A stretch of 64,000 nt of DNA from Patescibacteria group bacterium (GTDB taxonomy: Bacteria > Patescibacteriota > Patescibacteriia > JAXHNJ01). Position numbers and translations under genes: made by a program. Below the pieces are notes generated by a model. The model made no database searches. It was given only the letters and a program-made list of their open reading frames with translations, and was not told where the DNA came from. Shown here piece after piece: positions 46,801 to 55,475 of this stretch (position 1 is its first letter; each line of letters begins with the position of its first letter). The stretch spans positions 416,660-480,659 of the forward strand of contig JAXHNJ010000002.1 in the NCBI GenBank assembly GCA_034520665.1, in the 5' to 3' direction.

Positions 46801-47737
46801 CTTGGCCCACTCCTTGTCCGTCACGGATACGCCCACCAGTTCCGGTTTCAGCACCAGGAAAAGGAGCTACTCCGCTGGGGAAGTTGTGTGTTTCGGCATT
46901 GAAGGTGATATGATACTCACGTTGCTGGAGAGCAAAAGGTGAACAGATACCAGAATTTTTTGGGATCAAGGTTTGGATCTTGTATCCTGTGATAGCACTG
47001 GCATTATCACTGAAAGCAATCAGGCTGTTGGCCGAGTTGATCTGAAGCGGAGTCTGCACGATCTGGAGTAGCGTCTCGGGAAGTACCTGTCCGTTCCGGA
47101 CAAGTTTTCCCTTGAAGAACCAGTGACGGGAATGCTCACTGTTAGCTTGACCAAGCTGGAAACATTCCACATCTGTGGGATCGCGACCGATCTCGCTGAC
47201 GAAGAGGTTGTGATAGAAGTTGAGGTCCCAGTCGTCCATTCCTAAGCCCATTTTCTGGTTGATACGCCGAAGCGCTTTTACCCCCTCGTTCATTAGAGGA
47301 ATAATACGTACGGCTTTCGGTTGGATGCCGGTAGCGAAAGTTTTCAGGGGGCGAGGATAGTGACATTCAGTCATGCGATCATGATGATTAGCTAAAAAAG
47401 TATCTATATTATCTTCCTGTGGTAAGACATGTCGTCTGGAAATTTCCAAGCGAGTTATTTTATTTAGTCCACAAGCATGACAAATTGCTACGGCATTAGT
47501 TGAAAATGCAGTGGCGAAATTCATGCGTGGTCCAACTTCAATAACAGATTTTTTTTTGGACTGAAACAAGGAATCTTTACTAAAACAATTAGGATCAAAA
47601 GTTTCAGCCAGGAGCCAAGTTAATATATTTAACTCCTGAGTAGTTAATGGTTCGGATGTTTCTACATTAAAACAGTATTCAAATGTAGAACTAGCTTCAC
47701 GGTAAAAATGTAAAACTTTATTAGTATTCATCTCCAA
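43883..47737 (-). CDS. purL: Phosphoribosylformylglycinamidine (FGAM) synthase, long single-chain PurL form with fused N-terminal, synthetase and glutaminase domains.
   Basis: 1284 aa with QANSEHSRHWFF, ETHNFPSGVAPFPGAETGTGGRIRD, EWIKPIMFTGGVGQI, glutaminase LGVCNGCQLMALLGW and a C-terminal MMPHPER motif. Markedly GC-richer than its flanks. The track start at 47737 is a TTG; the ATG at 47731, with AAGGAGG 8 nt upstream, is the more likely start. Confidence 0.9.
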   Translation of the reverse strand: MEMNTNKVLHFYREASSTFEYCFNVETSEPLTTQELNILTWLLAETFDPNCFSKDSLFQSKKKSVIEVGPRMNFATAFSTNAVAICHACGLNKITRLEISRRHVLPQEDNIDTFLANHHDRMTECHYPRPLKTFATGIQPKAVRIIPLMNEGVKALRRINQKMGLGMDDWDLNFYHNLFVSEIGRDPTDVECFQLGQANSEHSRHWFFKGKLVRNGQVLPETLLQIVQTPLQINSANSLIAFSDNASAITGYKIQTLIPKNSGICSPFALQQREYHITFNAETHNFPSGVAPFPGAETGTGGRIRDGQGVGQGGLVVAGTAGYCTGNLLIADNGMPSALHIKGENPDFAYPGNLATPLKIMIEESNGASDYGNKFGEPIIQGFVRTFGLRLPNGERREWIKPIMFTGGVGQIDNQHTKKKTPEPGMVIIQVGGPAYRIGMGGGSASSMIQGANTAELDFNAVQRGDAEMEQKVNRVIRACIEMGSNNPILSIHDQGAGGPCNVLTELVEPAGGRIDIRQIQVGDATMSVLEIWGAEYQERDAFLIYPNQLEKFKAICRREKINCEVLGNITGNGRIVVYDNQDDSYPVDLDLGKILCDMPQKSFKIDEVPEELAPLDLPDISVKEALRQVFRLPSVCSKGYLVRKVDRSVTGLIARQQCCGPLQLPVSDVSAVAQSHFGLTGSAISIGEQPIKMLVNSSAGARMAVAEALTNMVFARISDLKHIKCSANWMWAAKLPGEGAKLHDAALAMRDLMIALGIAVDGGKDSLSMAAKVGDETVKAPGQLVISAYATMPDITQILTPDIKQPGNSSLLYIPMAPGKHRLGGSALAQINKQIGNESPDVDNPELLKNVFLAIQAMIDHDLVLAGHDISDGGLITTLVEMSMSGNCGIKVKVPDNVTTLEYLFSEELGLVLEVLPKNEFEVASILKEYGVSPCLTLGNSCQEHMVFIYHQEELVFGESTSKLLEWWESTSDQLELHQIDPDLAWQQAKRHRTRISPVYSLSFNPQATPPEVLNRTSKPKVAIIREEGSNGDREMISAFFAAGFTPVDVTMTDLLNGEYDLDSCRGIVFVGGFSYADVLDSAKGWAGIILFNPKLRKMFERFYRREDTFSLGVCNGCQLMALLGWVPWKGIDEDKQPRFIQNTSGLFESRWVTTKIMPSPSIMLGDMANSVLGIWVAHGEGQLHCPDSEILKDIVFQNLTPLVYTDETGRATESYPLNPNGSPKGITALCSPDGRHLAMMPHPERVFLKWQWPWMPKDWRYKLKASPWLQMFQNARKWCDCS

Positions 47738-47914
47738 AACCTCCTTTTAGCTTCATTACAAGCTATTTTACAATTAAACTAATATTGATTTAGTTAAACA
47801 CTATTGTCAAAGGACACAATTTAATTAATAAAAAATAATCCCTCCTATGGATTAGTTTTTTGTATAGAAAGCTTACTATAATACTATATAATTATCAAGA
47901 AAGTTTGATTTTTA

Positions 47915-47961
47915 AAATACCGCTTTTATTCTTTTGAGGATGGCATGTTGATTGATTAAAT
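47915..47961 (+). repeat. Direct repeat copy 2 (orphan duplicate of the queA 3' terminus).
   Basis: aaataccgcttttattcttttgaggatggcatgttgattgattaaat. 45 of 47 positions are identical to 43780-43826. It encodes ...YRFYSFEDGMLID* with no gene body. Confidence 0.8.
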
Positions 47962-47962
47962 C

Positions 47963-48165
47963 TTGACAAAAATTAATGGATATTATAAGCTGTCTAAGCT
48001 CATTAAAGACAATATTTGATTTCCTTCCCACCCAATCCCTATCTCTTTCTAGAGATGAACCTTTTATCTATTCTAGGAAATCAGTGTCCCTTCGGGGACA
48101 TAAGCCTTTTGGCTTGATGTTGTCTTTGGCCGGGAGAATTTTGAAACCCTCCCGGCTTTTTATTT
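47963..48165 (+). ncRNA. Candidate small RNA: a promoter-like element, about 170 nt of structured sequence and a strong intrinsic terminator.
   Basis: TTGACA (47963-47968) with a 15-nt spacer to TATAAG. Hairpins GTCCC-ttcg-GGGAC and GCCGGGAG-aattttgaaacc-CTCCCGGC, then TTTTTATTT (48129-48165). No plausible CDS; the 63-aa ORF is low-complexity. The neighbouring genes are on the opposite strand. Confidence 0.3.
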
Positions 48166-48234
48166 AAAGTTTTTTAATAAAAAAGACATAGGCTAAAAAA
48201 GTCTGGGCCTACTTAGAATTTATAAAATTAATTA

Positions 48235-50928
48235 TTAATTAAAACCAGCTACATTAATTCCACCAGAAAAACCGGGAAAAAGATAAAAATTACTGATAAA
48301 TGATCCGTCCATTTCAAATATTTTTACTTCCGGCTTTAAACCAGATTTTACAGCGGTAATAATTTCATAAGTACCGTCATTATCATAATCACCTGTGGAT
48401 AGATTAAGGCCACCGCGAAAATCTGAAGAATAAACAAAGAATTGATCCTCTAAATCACCCTGCTCATTAAATATTCTGACATGAGGCCCGCCATTAGATA
48501 AGGGAGCCGTAATTATTTCTTCAGAGCCGTCTGAGTCTAAATCGCCGGTGGTCAAATTTACGCCACCGCGAAAATTTTCAGCGTAAGCCATAAACCATTC
48601 TTTAACATTTCCCTGATAATCAAATACTTTGACATGGGGCCCGCCGCTTGAACCAGCTCCGGTAATTATTTCAGAGATACCATCTCCGTCTGTATCCCCG
48701 CAGGCAATTTGAACCCCACCACGAAAATTTTCCGCGTAAGCAAAGAACTGTGATTTTAAATGGCCTTGATAATCAAAAACTCTTATATGCGGTCCGCCTC
48801 CGGGACCAGCGGCCGTAATAATTTCTGTTTGCCCGTCACCATCAACATCGCCGGCGGCCAGATTAACCCCGCCGCGAAATGAATTAAGATAAGCCATAAA
48901 CCAGGAGATTTCCTGAGCCCGACTGTTTAAAACTCTGACATGAGGACCACCACCTGACCCAGGAGCGGTAATGATTTCTTCAGAGCCGTCATTGTTAATA
49001 TCAGCCGCTATAATATTAACCCCGCCTTGCAAGGCTGAAGTATAAGGTAAAAAAGCGCCGGTTAATTGATTATCAGAGTCGTAGCCTTGTACTAAAGGCA
49101 AATCCCCTTTCTCTTTACCAATAAGAATATTATTTTTTTTATAGGAAAATACAGATCGTTGAATAGTGGTGTTATGTCCGGCACGATCTTTCAGAATAAA
49201 AGTTAGGTTATTTTTACCTTTACTTAAAGAAATATTTTCCGAATAATTAGCTGAATCAGTAGAAAAAGACTGATTATTAACACTAAAGTTTAAAACACCG
49301 GAAGTTTGGTCAGTAATTTGACCGGAAGAGATTAAAAAACTGCCATTAACTTTCTGATTATTAAAGGGGCGACTTAGACTTAATGAGGGAGCCGTAAGAT
49401 CAACATAAATATTAGTACTTTTTGTAATTTCTGAATTATTAATATTATCTTTAGCGTAGTATTCAATTAAATGTTTGCCTTCACTTAAAGAAAAAGATGA
49501 GGTATAAGTTTGCCAAGAGCCGGAATTAAGACGGTAATATATATTTTTAATGCCGTTTTCGTCACTGGCAGTTAAAGAAATTCTTGGCTGGCTGACATAA
49601 TAACCGTTTTCGCCGTCTGGCTCAGAAGGCGAAACATTTAAACTGGTAGTTGGTTTACCCGAGTCACTTTGAGCTAAAGCCAAAGCTGCTTCAATATCTA
49701 AAAGGCCATAGCCGTAGCTAGTATCATAGCCAGAAGCGCCTAAATCCTGAGTTGAAGAAGTCAGTAGGGCTTTAATTTGATTTGAGCTTGAGCCATAGGA
49801 GAATAAAAGCCCGGCTGCGGCGCTAATATGAGGCACGGCCTGCGAAGTGCCCGAAGCAGAGACCAGATTGTGATCTGAACAATTATTGTTACAGTATTCC
49901 GCTAAAATATTTGTGCCCGGGGCTACTAAATCTATACCCTGTCCATAGTTGGAAAAAGAAGCCAAGGTATTACTGCTATTACTGGCTCCGATCGCGATAA
50001 CTTCGGGATAGGCCGCTGGATAATAAATACGGTTAACACCGTCATTGCCGGTTGAGCTAAGCAAAATAACTTCATTATTCTGGGCGTATTTAACGGCATC
50101 ATAGAGTGTTTCTGAATAAAATTCTTCTTCACCAGTGCCAATACTCATATTAATAATATCAGCTCCGTGATTTACGGCCCATTCAATACCAGAAGCGACA
50201 TGAATAATACTGCCTTCACCATTACCATCCATCACCTTTACTGGCATAATGGAAACATTAAAAGCAATGCCAGCAATGCCTTTAGCGTTATTAGTGGAAG
50301 CGGCAATTATTTCCGTGATATTAGTACCATGACCATTATCATCATTAGCATGATTATCGTTATTAACAAAGTCATAGCCGGAAACAAAATTGGTATTAGC
50401 TAAGTCCGGAGCCTGAACATAAGTCTCATAATTTTCATAAGAAACCCCGGTATCTAAAACAGCGATTTTAACCGAAGAATCGCCGCCGTAGGGGTTAGAA
50501 TCAGAATCATAATCCCAAGCCTCAGGTGTATTGATTTTTGATAAATTCCATTGCTCACTGTAATAAGTGTCGTTAGGAGAAAAAAGATGAGTAGAAAGAT
50601 GATACTTAGGCTCAGCGTATTCAATATATAAATTATTTTGATATTGTCTGGCCAGGGCTTTAATATCTTTATTATTGGAAAAATTAATTTCATAAGCTCC
50701 ATAAAGAAGGGAGTTTTTATTATGACTCAAAGCACTAATAGTAGTAACTTGGTTATTTTTGTTAAGCTTGTCCAGGGAATAAAGTTTATTTAGATTAAGA
50801 TACTGAAATTCTTTTTTTACTTTTATTATTATTGAATCGGCTTTAATTTCTTGGGCCCGAGCTCCATTAACCAAAAAAGCTGTTATTAGACAGCTCATTA
50901 TAAAAATGTAAGTCAGATATTTTTTCAT
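48235..50928 (-). CDS. Secreted subtilisin-like serine protease (peptidase S8) with a C-terminal FG-GAP/VCBS beta-propeller repeat domain.
   Basis: Signal peptide. Catalytic triad contexts VAVLDTGV, HGTNITEII and SGTSQAVPHISAAAGLL. Five or more repeats of GDxDxDGxxEIITAxGxGGGPHVxVF with about a 55-aa period. Confidence 0.8.
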   Translation of the reverse strand: MKKYLTYIFIMSCLITAFLVNGARAQEIKADSIIIKVKKEFQYLNLNKLYSLDKLNKNNQVTTISALSHNKNSLLYGAYEINFSNNKDIKALARQYQNNLYIEYAEPKYHLSTHLFSPNDTYYSEQWNLSKINTPEAWDYDSDSNPYGGDSSVKIAVLDTGVSYENYETYVQAPDLANTNFVSGYDFVNNDNHANDDNGHGTNITEIIAASTNNAKGIAGIAFNVSIMPVKVMDGNGEGSIIHVASGIEWAVNHGADIINMSIGTGEEEFYSETLYDAVKYAQNNEVILLSSTGNDGVNRIYYPAAYPEVIAIGASNSSNTLASFSNYGQGIDLVAPGTNILAEYCNNNCSDHNLVSASGTSQAVPHISAAAGLLFSYGSSSNQIKALLTSSTQDLGASGYDTSYGYGLLDIEAALALAQSDSGKPTTSLNVSPSEPDGENGYYVSQPRISLTASDENGIKNIYYRLNSGSWQTYTSSFSLSEGKHLIEYYAKDNINNSEITKSTNIYVDLTAPSLSLSRPFNNQKVNGSFLISSGQITDQTSGVLNFSVNNQSFSTDSANYSENISLSKGKNNLTFILKDRAGHNTTIQRSVFSYKKNNILIGKEKGDLPLVQGYDSDNQLTGAFLPYTSALQGGVNIIAADINNDGSEEIITAPGSGGGPHVRVLNSRAQEISWFMAYLNSFRGGVNLAAGDVDGDGQTEIITAAGPGGGPHIRVFDYQGHLKSQFFAYAENFRGGVQIACGDTDGDGISEIITGAGSSGGPHVKVFDYQGNVKEWFMAYAENFRGGVNLTTGDLDSDGSEEIITAPLSNGGPHVRIFNEQGDLEDQFFVYSSDFRGGLNLSTGDYDNDGTYEIITAVKSGLKPEVKIFEMDGSFISNFYLFPGFSGGINVAGFN

Positions 50929-50969
50929 GCGATAAAATATAATAATCTACCCAATTATTATATCAAAGA

Positions 50970-52871
50970 TTAGTAAATTTTAGTAATCTCAACGTTAGTA
51001 TAGTAATATTTTAAGATTTGGTTCCACGTGGAACCGTTTTTAGCCATACCGCGAGCACCAGTGCCGGACAGGCCCACGCCATGACCCCAAAGCTCCATAC
51101 CTTCACAGTGAGGATCATCTTTTGAAACTAGCCACTCTTTTTCGCCACGCCAAACCTCTGACCAGCTGCGAGTACGACCGTCTGAGCGGGAAAAATAAGG
51201 AGTGACCACAATTTCATTATTATAAGTGACGGCCTGGCCGGCCGTAGCTTGAGTGGCCTCGGTAATGCCGGGTGAGCGAATTTCCATATTGTACCCGCGA
51301 TAAACCTGATCATTGGCGGAATCATCCAAAGTAAAATTATCGTCCCGATGTTTGGTATTGACTTCAAGGTTATACAAAGCATAAGTGCGAGCGGCTGTGA
51401 CTAAGGCCTTTAAATATTCACTATGCTCAGTGCCGGAAGCTTCACCTAGTCCCCTTAAATAACTTTCTAAAGGCAATTCATTAATCACCCAAAGTTTTCG
51501 GGAAGCCGTAGAATAACGCACCTCAATATCACCTCGGAATTTATTGTCATTAATAGAAGAGTCCCAAGCTGGGCGGTTTTCAAAAGAGGTAATTTCCATG
51601 ATAATCTCATTATTTTTAGGCACAAATATGGGATAAAGAGCCGTTGATTGATTTAAATGAGGAGTTTTTATAATGTATTGGCCCTTAACAAATTCAACTG
51701 AAGAACTAGTCCCATTTATTTCATCCAATACCTGTCCTTGACTGTTTTTTAAGTAATAAGCGCCGTTGGCCTTAATAGTTACTTTTTCTGAAGTATTATA
51801 AAGTCCAATGCGGATATTTGGCTCTTCTGATAGTGTTTCTACGGCTTGAATTTGATTAGGATCAAAAACCGTAATTGGGATGGTTATCTCTCCGCCGGTT
51901 ATCCATTCCAAGTTTTCGGCTACTAAACCAAAATGTTCGGTAAATTGTCCGGTTTCATTTGGAGCTTGTAAAGCAAATTTAAAACGACCGACTTGCCCGG
52001 GTTTAACCTCATTATTCATTAAGCGGCTGGGCCGGTAATAATATTCAGACCAAAACTCATGCTGAAAAGCACTTTCTCTTCCGGCTGGCTTGGCTACATT
52101 CAAGGCAATAAAATTTTCACCCGTATTGTACCAAGTTTTAGTGCCCCGGTTTTTAAAATCAACCCAGAAAGTCAGAGATTCACCTTTTTCAATTTCTATT
52201 TTTGAAGCCTTGGCCCCAACTAACTCAGCCTGGTATTCCGGTACCACTTCAATGGTTATATCAAATTTCCCGCCAGTAATCCACTCCAAATTTTCGGCTA
52301 CCAAACCAAAACTTTCTGAATAATTACCCGGTTTTTCCGGAGCTTTTAAAGCAAAAGTAAAACGACCGACTTCTCCGGGCTTAACTTCACTGTTAGAAAG
52401 CCGTCCGGGCCGATAATAATATTCAGACCAAAATTCATGCTGAAAAAGGCTCTGCCGGCCGGCTGGATCCGATACATTCAAAGCAATAAAATTTTCTCCT
52501 GAATTGTGCCAAGTTTTAGAGCCAGTGTTTTTGAAATCAACCCAGAAAGTTAAAGACTTGCCCGGATAAATTCTAATAGAATCATAAGCTTTATTAATTA
52601 ATTCGGCTTGATAGTCTTTGCTAGTAGTTTTTAAACCTAAAACCTGGCCATTAGTTAAATAACCTTTTCTAAAATTATAACTAGCCGATTGTAAGGAGTT
52701 AGGTTTTTCTTCCTGGGCTTGGACTTCATTTTTATTAATAATTTTTTCTTCAATTAGACGCAAGCCAAAAGCGCTTAAACTAATAATGACAATCATAAAA
52801 ACCGCCGGAAATAATATTTCCCTGAACTTTATACGGCCGTATTTAATTTTTGTTTTGCTTTTCATAACCAA
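50970..52871 (-). CDS. SpoIID/LytB-domain protein (peptidoglycan lytic) with an N-terminal TM anchor and two roughly 115-aa repeat domains.
   Basis: The C-terminal LESYLRGLGEASGTEHSEYLKALVTAARTYAL...TPYFSRSDGRTRS is a SpoIID/LytB signature. Two near-identical internal repeats: LTFWVDFKN[TR]G[ST]KTW[HY]N[ST]GENFIALNV...FQHEFWSEYYYRP. Confidence 0.7.
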   Translation of the reverse strand: MVMKSKTKIKYGRIKFREILFPAVFMIVIISLSAFGLRLIEEKIINKNEVQAQEEKPNSLQSASYNFRKGYLTNGQVLGLKTTSKDYQAELINKAYDSIRIYPGKSLTFWVDFKNTGSKTWHNSGENFIALNVSDPAGRQSLFQHEFWSEYYYRPGRLSNSEVKPGEVGRFTFALKAPEKPGNYSESFGLVAENLEWITGGKFDITIEVVPEYQAELVGAKASKIEIEKGESLTFWVDFKNRGTKTWYNTGENFIALNVAKPAGRESAFQHEFWSEYYYRPSRLMNNEVKPGQVGRFKFALQAPNETGQFTEHFGLVAENLEWITGGEITIPITVFDPNQIQAVETLSEEPNIRIGLYNTSEKVTIKANGAYYLKNSQGQVLDEINGTSSSVEFVKGQYIIKTPHLNQSTALYPIFVPKNNEIIMEITSFENRPAWDSSINDNKFRGDIEVRYSTASRKLWVINELPLESYLRGLGEASGTEHSEYLKALVTAARTYALYNLEVNTKHRDDNFTLDDSANDQVYRGYNMEIRSPGITEATQATAGQAVTYNNEIVVTPYFSRSDGRTRSWSEVWRGEKEWLVSKDDPHCEGMELWGHGVGLSGTGARGMAKNGSTWNQILKYYYTNVEITKIY

Positions 52872-52929
52872 TAAAAAAAATGGCCAAAGCTTTTTGGCAC
52901 ACTTTATATTTATTCACCTAAGTGTTGGC

Positions 52930-52965
52930 TCTTTATTTCTAATCTAATTGTAGCATAGATTTTAC
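52930..52965 (-). promoter_or_regulatory. Sigma70-like promoter for the SpoIID-like gene.
   Basis: The minus strand reads TTGACT-17 nt-TACAAT (ttgactttttgtaaaatctatgctacaat). The hairpin GTCTCCC-tta-GGGAGAC lies just upstream. Confidence 0.45.
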
Positions 52966-53104
52966 AAAAAGTCAACCCCTCGTCTCCCTAAGGGAGACTT
53001 CGGCTTACCAGCAAGCTGATGTTAAAAAAGCAACTGTTAAATAATTTAAAATATTTTTTGTTACTTTTGAAACAATATAATTACATTGACCAGGGACCTT
53101 TAAA

Positions 53105-54583
53105 ATGATAATATCAAGAAGTAAAATTAATTTTTTTATACTGGAAAATATGTCATTAACTGGCCGAGTGGCCCGCAATACAATTATACAAGTGATCGGC
53201 AAAATACTGGGTACAGTTTTGGGTTTGATCGTAGTTGGCTTGTTAACTCGCTATTTAGGCACCGCTGGATATGGTCACTACACTACCATTATTGCTTATC
53301 TTGGTTTTTTCTCAGTCATTGCTGATCTAGGGCTGTATTTAATTGTGGTGCGGGAGATTTCTAAAAAAGAGGCCGACCCTCAAAAAGTTCTGGGCAATGT
53401 TTTTAGTATCCGTATAATTTTTGCCGGAGTTATTTTGGCTCTGGCTGCTTTTATAGCTTTCTTTTTGAATTATCCTCTGATTGTTAAACAGGGTATATTA
53501 CTAGGGACACTTTCCTTTCTCTTTGTCGCCTTAAATCAGGTTATGGTTGGTATTTTCCAAAAAAAATTGGCCATGTATAAAGTGGCTCTAGGTGAATTAA
53601 TTGGTCGGATAGTGCTACTGGCATTAGTGGCCTGGTTTATTTCTCTTAATTACAGTCTATTATTTATTATATTGGCGGTAGTTTGCGGCAGCTTAGCCAA
53701 TTTTATAGTAGTTTATATTTTGGCTCAAAAATATGTTAAGATTAAGTTTCGTTTTAATTTTGAATACTGGAAATATATTTTAAAGGAAACCTGGCCTTTA
53801 GCTATTTCTGTAGTTTTAAATTTATTATATTTTCGCCTGGATACGGTTTTTTTATCTTTGATAAAACCAGCTTCAGATGTTGGTCTTTATGGCGCTTGTT
53901 ATAAAATTTTAGAAGTTTTGGTAACTTTACCTAATTTGTTTGTTGGCTTGGTTTTGCCGATATTAAGTTATTGGGCTTTTTTAAATCGTGATAAGTTTAT
54001 CGAAATATTTCGCCGTTCCTTTGATTTTATTATTTTAATCACCATTCCTTTGGTGACTGGTGGTTTTATTTTAGCCCGGCCATTAATTATTCTTATTGGT
54101 GGCCAAGAATTCGCCGCCGCGGCTCCGATATTTCAAATATTAATTTTTGGTGTTGGTTTTCTCTTTTTGGGCAGTCTTTCCGGGCATACTATTGTGGCTA
54201 TAAATAAACAAAGAAAAATGGTTTGGGGGTATTTATCAGTGGCTGTTTTGGGCATAATATTATATTTAACTTTAATCCCCTTTCTTTCTTATTATGGCGC
54301 CGCCATTGGCACGGTCGTGACTGAGTTTAGTATTATGATTATCGGTTATTATATTATTATAAAAACTATGCGCTTTAAACTACCCTGGCGAGTTTTTGTA
54401 AAATCTCTGGCGGCCAGTTTTGCTATGGCTGGCTTTCTTTACGCGGCCCGGGATTTTAATTTATTTATTCAGCTAACTGTTGGTTTAGTCATTTACTTGG
54501 CTGTTTCTTATTTATTAAAAAGTTTTACCAGAAAAGAGGTTTTGGAGGTAATAAAAATTGGAAAGGAAAAGAAAAATGGCTAA
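53105..54583 (+). CDS. wzx: Polysaccharide/O-unit flippase (Wzx, MOP superfamily).
   Basis: 12-14 TM helices, 492 aa, with the characteristic N-terminal basic region and loop pattern of Wzx/RfbX. Confidence 0.65.
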   Translation: MIISRSKINFFILENMSLTGRVARNTIIQVIGKILGTVLGLIVVGLLTRYLGTAGYGHYTTIIAYLGFFSVIADLGLYLIVVREISKKEADPQKVLGNVFSIRIIFAGVILALAAFIAFFLNYPLIVKQGILLGTLSFLFVALNQVMVGIFQKKLAMYKVALGELIGRIVLLALVAWFISLNYSLLFIILAVVCGSLANFIVVYILAQKYVKIKFRFNFEYWKYILKETWPLAISVVLNLLYFRLDTVFLSLIKPASDVGLYGACYKILEVLVTLPNLFVGLVLPILSYWAFLNRDKFIEIFRRSFDFIILITIPLVTGGFILARPLIILIGGQEFAAAAPIFQILIFGVGFLFLGSLSGHTIVAINKQRKMVWGYLSVAVLGIILYLTLIPFLSYYGAAIGTVVTEFSIMIIGYYIIIKTMRFKLPWRVFVKSLAASFAMAGFLYAARDFNLFIQLTVGLVIYLAVSYLLKSFTRKEVLEVIKIGKEKKNG

Positions 54584-55475
54584 AGATATTTTAGTTTCAG
54601 TGATAATACCGACTCTGGAAAGACCGCAAGTGGTCTATAATTTAATTGAAGATTTATTAAAACAATCTTATGAAGATTTTGAGGTTTTAATTATTGACCA
54701 GAGCCATGAAGAAAATAAAAAAGTTAAAGATTTAGCCATCGGCTCATCTGACCAAGTAAGGTATTATCGCATTGATACAGAAGGTACTTGTCCGGCTAAA
54801 AATTTTGGCATTAATAAAGCCCAGGGCGGAATATTGCTTTTTTTGGATGATGATGTGGAAATAAAAGAAAGAGATTTTCTTAAATACCACGTGGCTAATT
54901 ATCTGGATCCCAAAATTGGCGGCGTCGGTGGCCGGGTCATTGACCGTAATTTAAAACTTAATAAAGAACAATCCGGACCGGTTTGCCGGGTATCTAAAAC
55001 TGGCCGAGTCTATCCTAACGCTGATTCAAAGAAAAAGCAGGAAATTAACGCTCCTAGAGGCGGTAATGTCTCCTATAAAAAAGAAATTGTCATGGAAATT
55101 GGCGGTTTTGACGAGAGATTCATTGGTAATGCTATGCGTGAAGAAACTGACTTTTCTTTAAGGATTTTTGAAAAAGGCTATAAAATTATATTTGAGCCAC
55201 GAGCTAAATTAGTGCATCTGGCCTTAGAAAGAGGAGGAACGCGTAGAAAGGGCCGTATTGACTGGTATTTTGATTTTTTCTATAATGAAACACTTTTCTT
55301 TTTAAAACATTTTCCCAAGATTTACTTGCCGATTTTATTTTTTAGGAAAACACGGCCAATAATAGCTTGTATGGCTTGGTATGGCCGTTTTAAACCAAAA
55401 GCTCTAGCCACACCCTGGCAGGCCTTTCGGGCCGGTTGGCACGCCCATAAAAAAGATATTGATAATTGGCTTTAA
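54558..55475 (+). CDS. Family 2 glycosyltransferase (GT-A fold).
   Basis: VSVIIPTLERPQ...LLKQSYEDFEVLIIDQS and DxD motif LFLDDDVE. Confidence 0.75.
   Translation: MERKRKMAKDILVSVIIPTLERPQVVYNLIEDLLKQSYEDFEVLIIDQSHEENKKVKDLAIGSSDQVRYYRIDTEGTCPAKNFGINKAQGGILLFLDDDVEIKERDFLKYHVANYLDPKIGGVGGRVIDRNLKLNKEQSGPVCRVSKTGRVYPNADSKKKQEINAPRGGNVSYKKEIVMEIGGFDERFIGNAMREETDFSLRIFEKGYKIIFEPRAKLVHLALERGGTRRKGRIDWYFDFFYNETLFFLKHFPKIYLPILFFRKTRPIIACMAWYGRFKPKALATPWQAFRAGWHAHKKDIDNWL

Noticed and set aside
46253-46942. 229-aa plus-strand ORF (and several 60-100-aa ORFs at 44532, 44889, 45399, 46161) antisense within purL.
   Set aside because: They lie entirely inside the well-supported purL CDS on the opposite strand. 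Long antisense ORFs are expected in the locally GC-rich DNA.
43827-47914. Looked for an integrase, transposase, inverted terminal repeats or a tRNA target adjacent to the purL block.
   Set aside because: None found. The block contains only purL, its promoter and a shared hairpin, so no specific mobile-element class could be assigned.
47976-48167. 63-aa plus-strand ORF in the queA-purL/S8 intergenic region.
   Set aside because: Low-complexity translation with no RBS, and it coincides with hairpins and a terminator. Treated as non-coding (sRNA candidate) instead.
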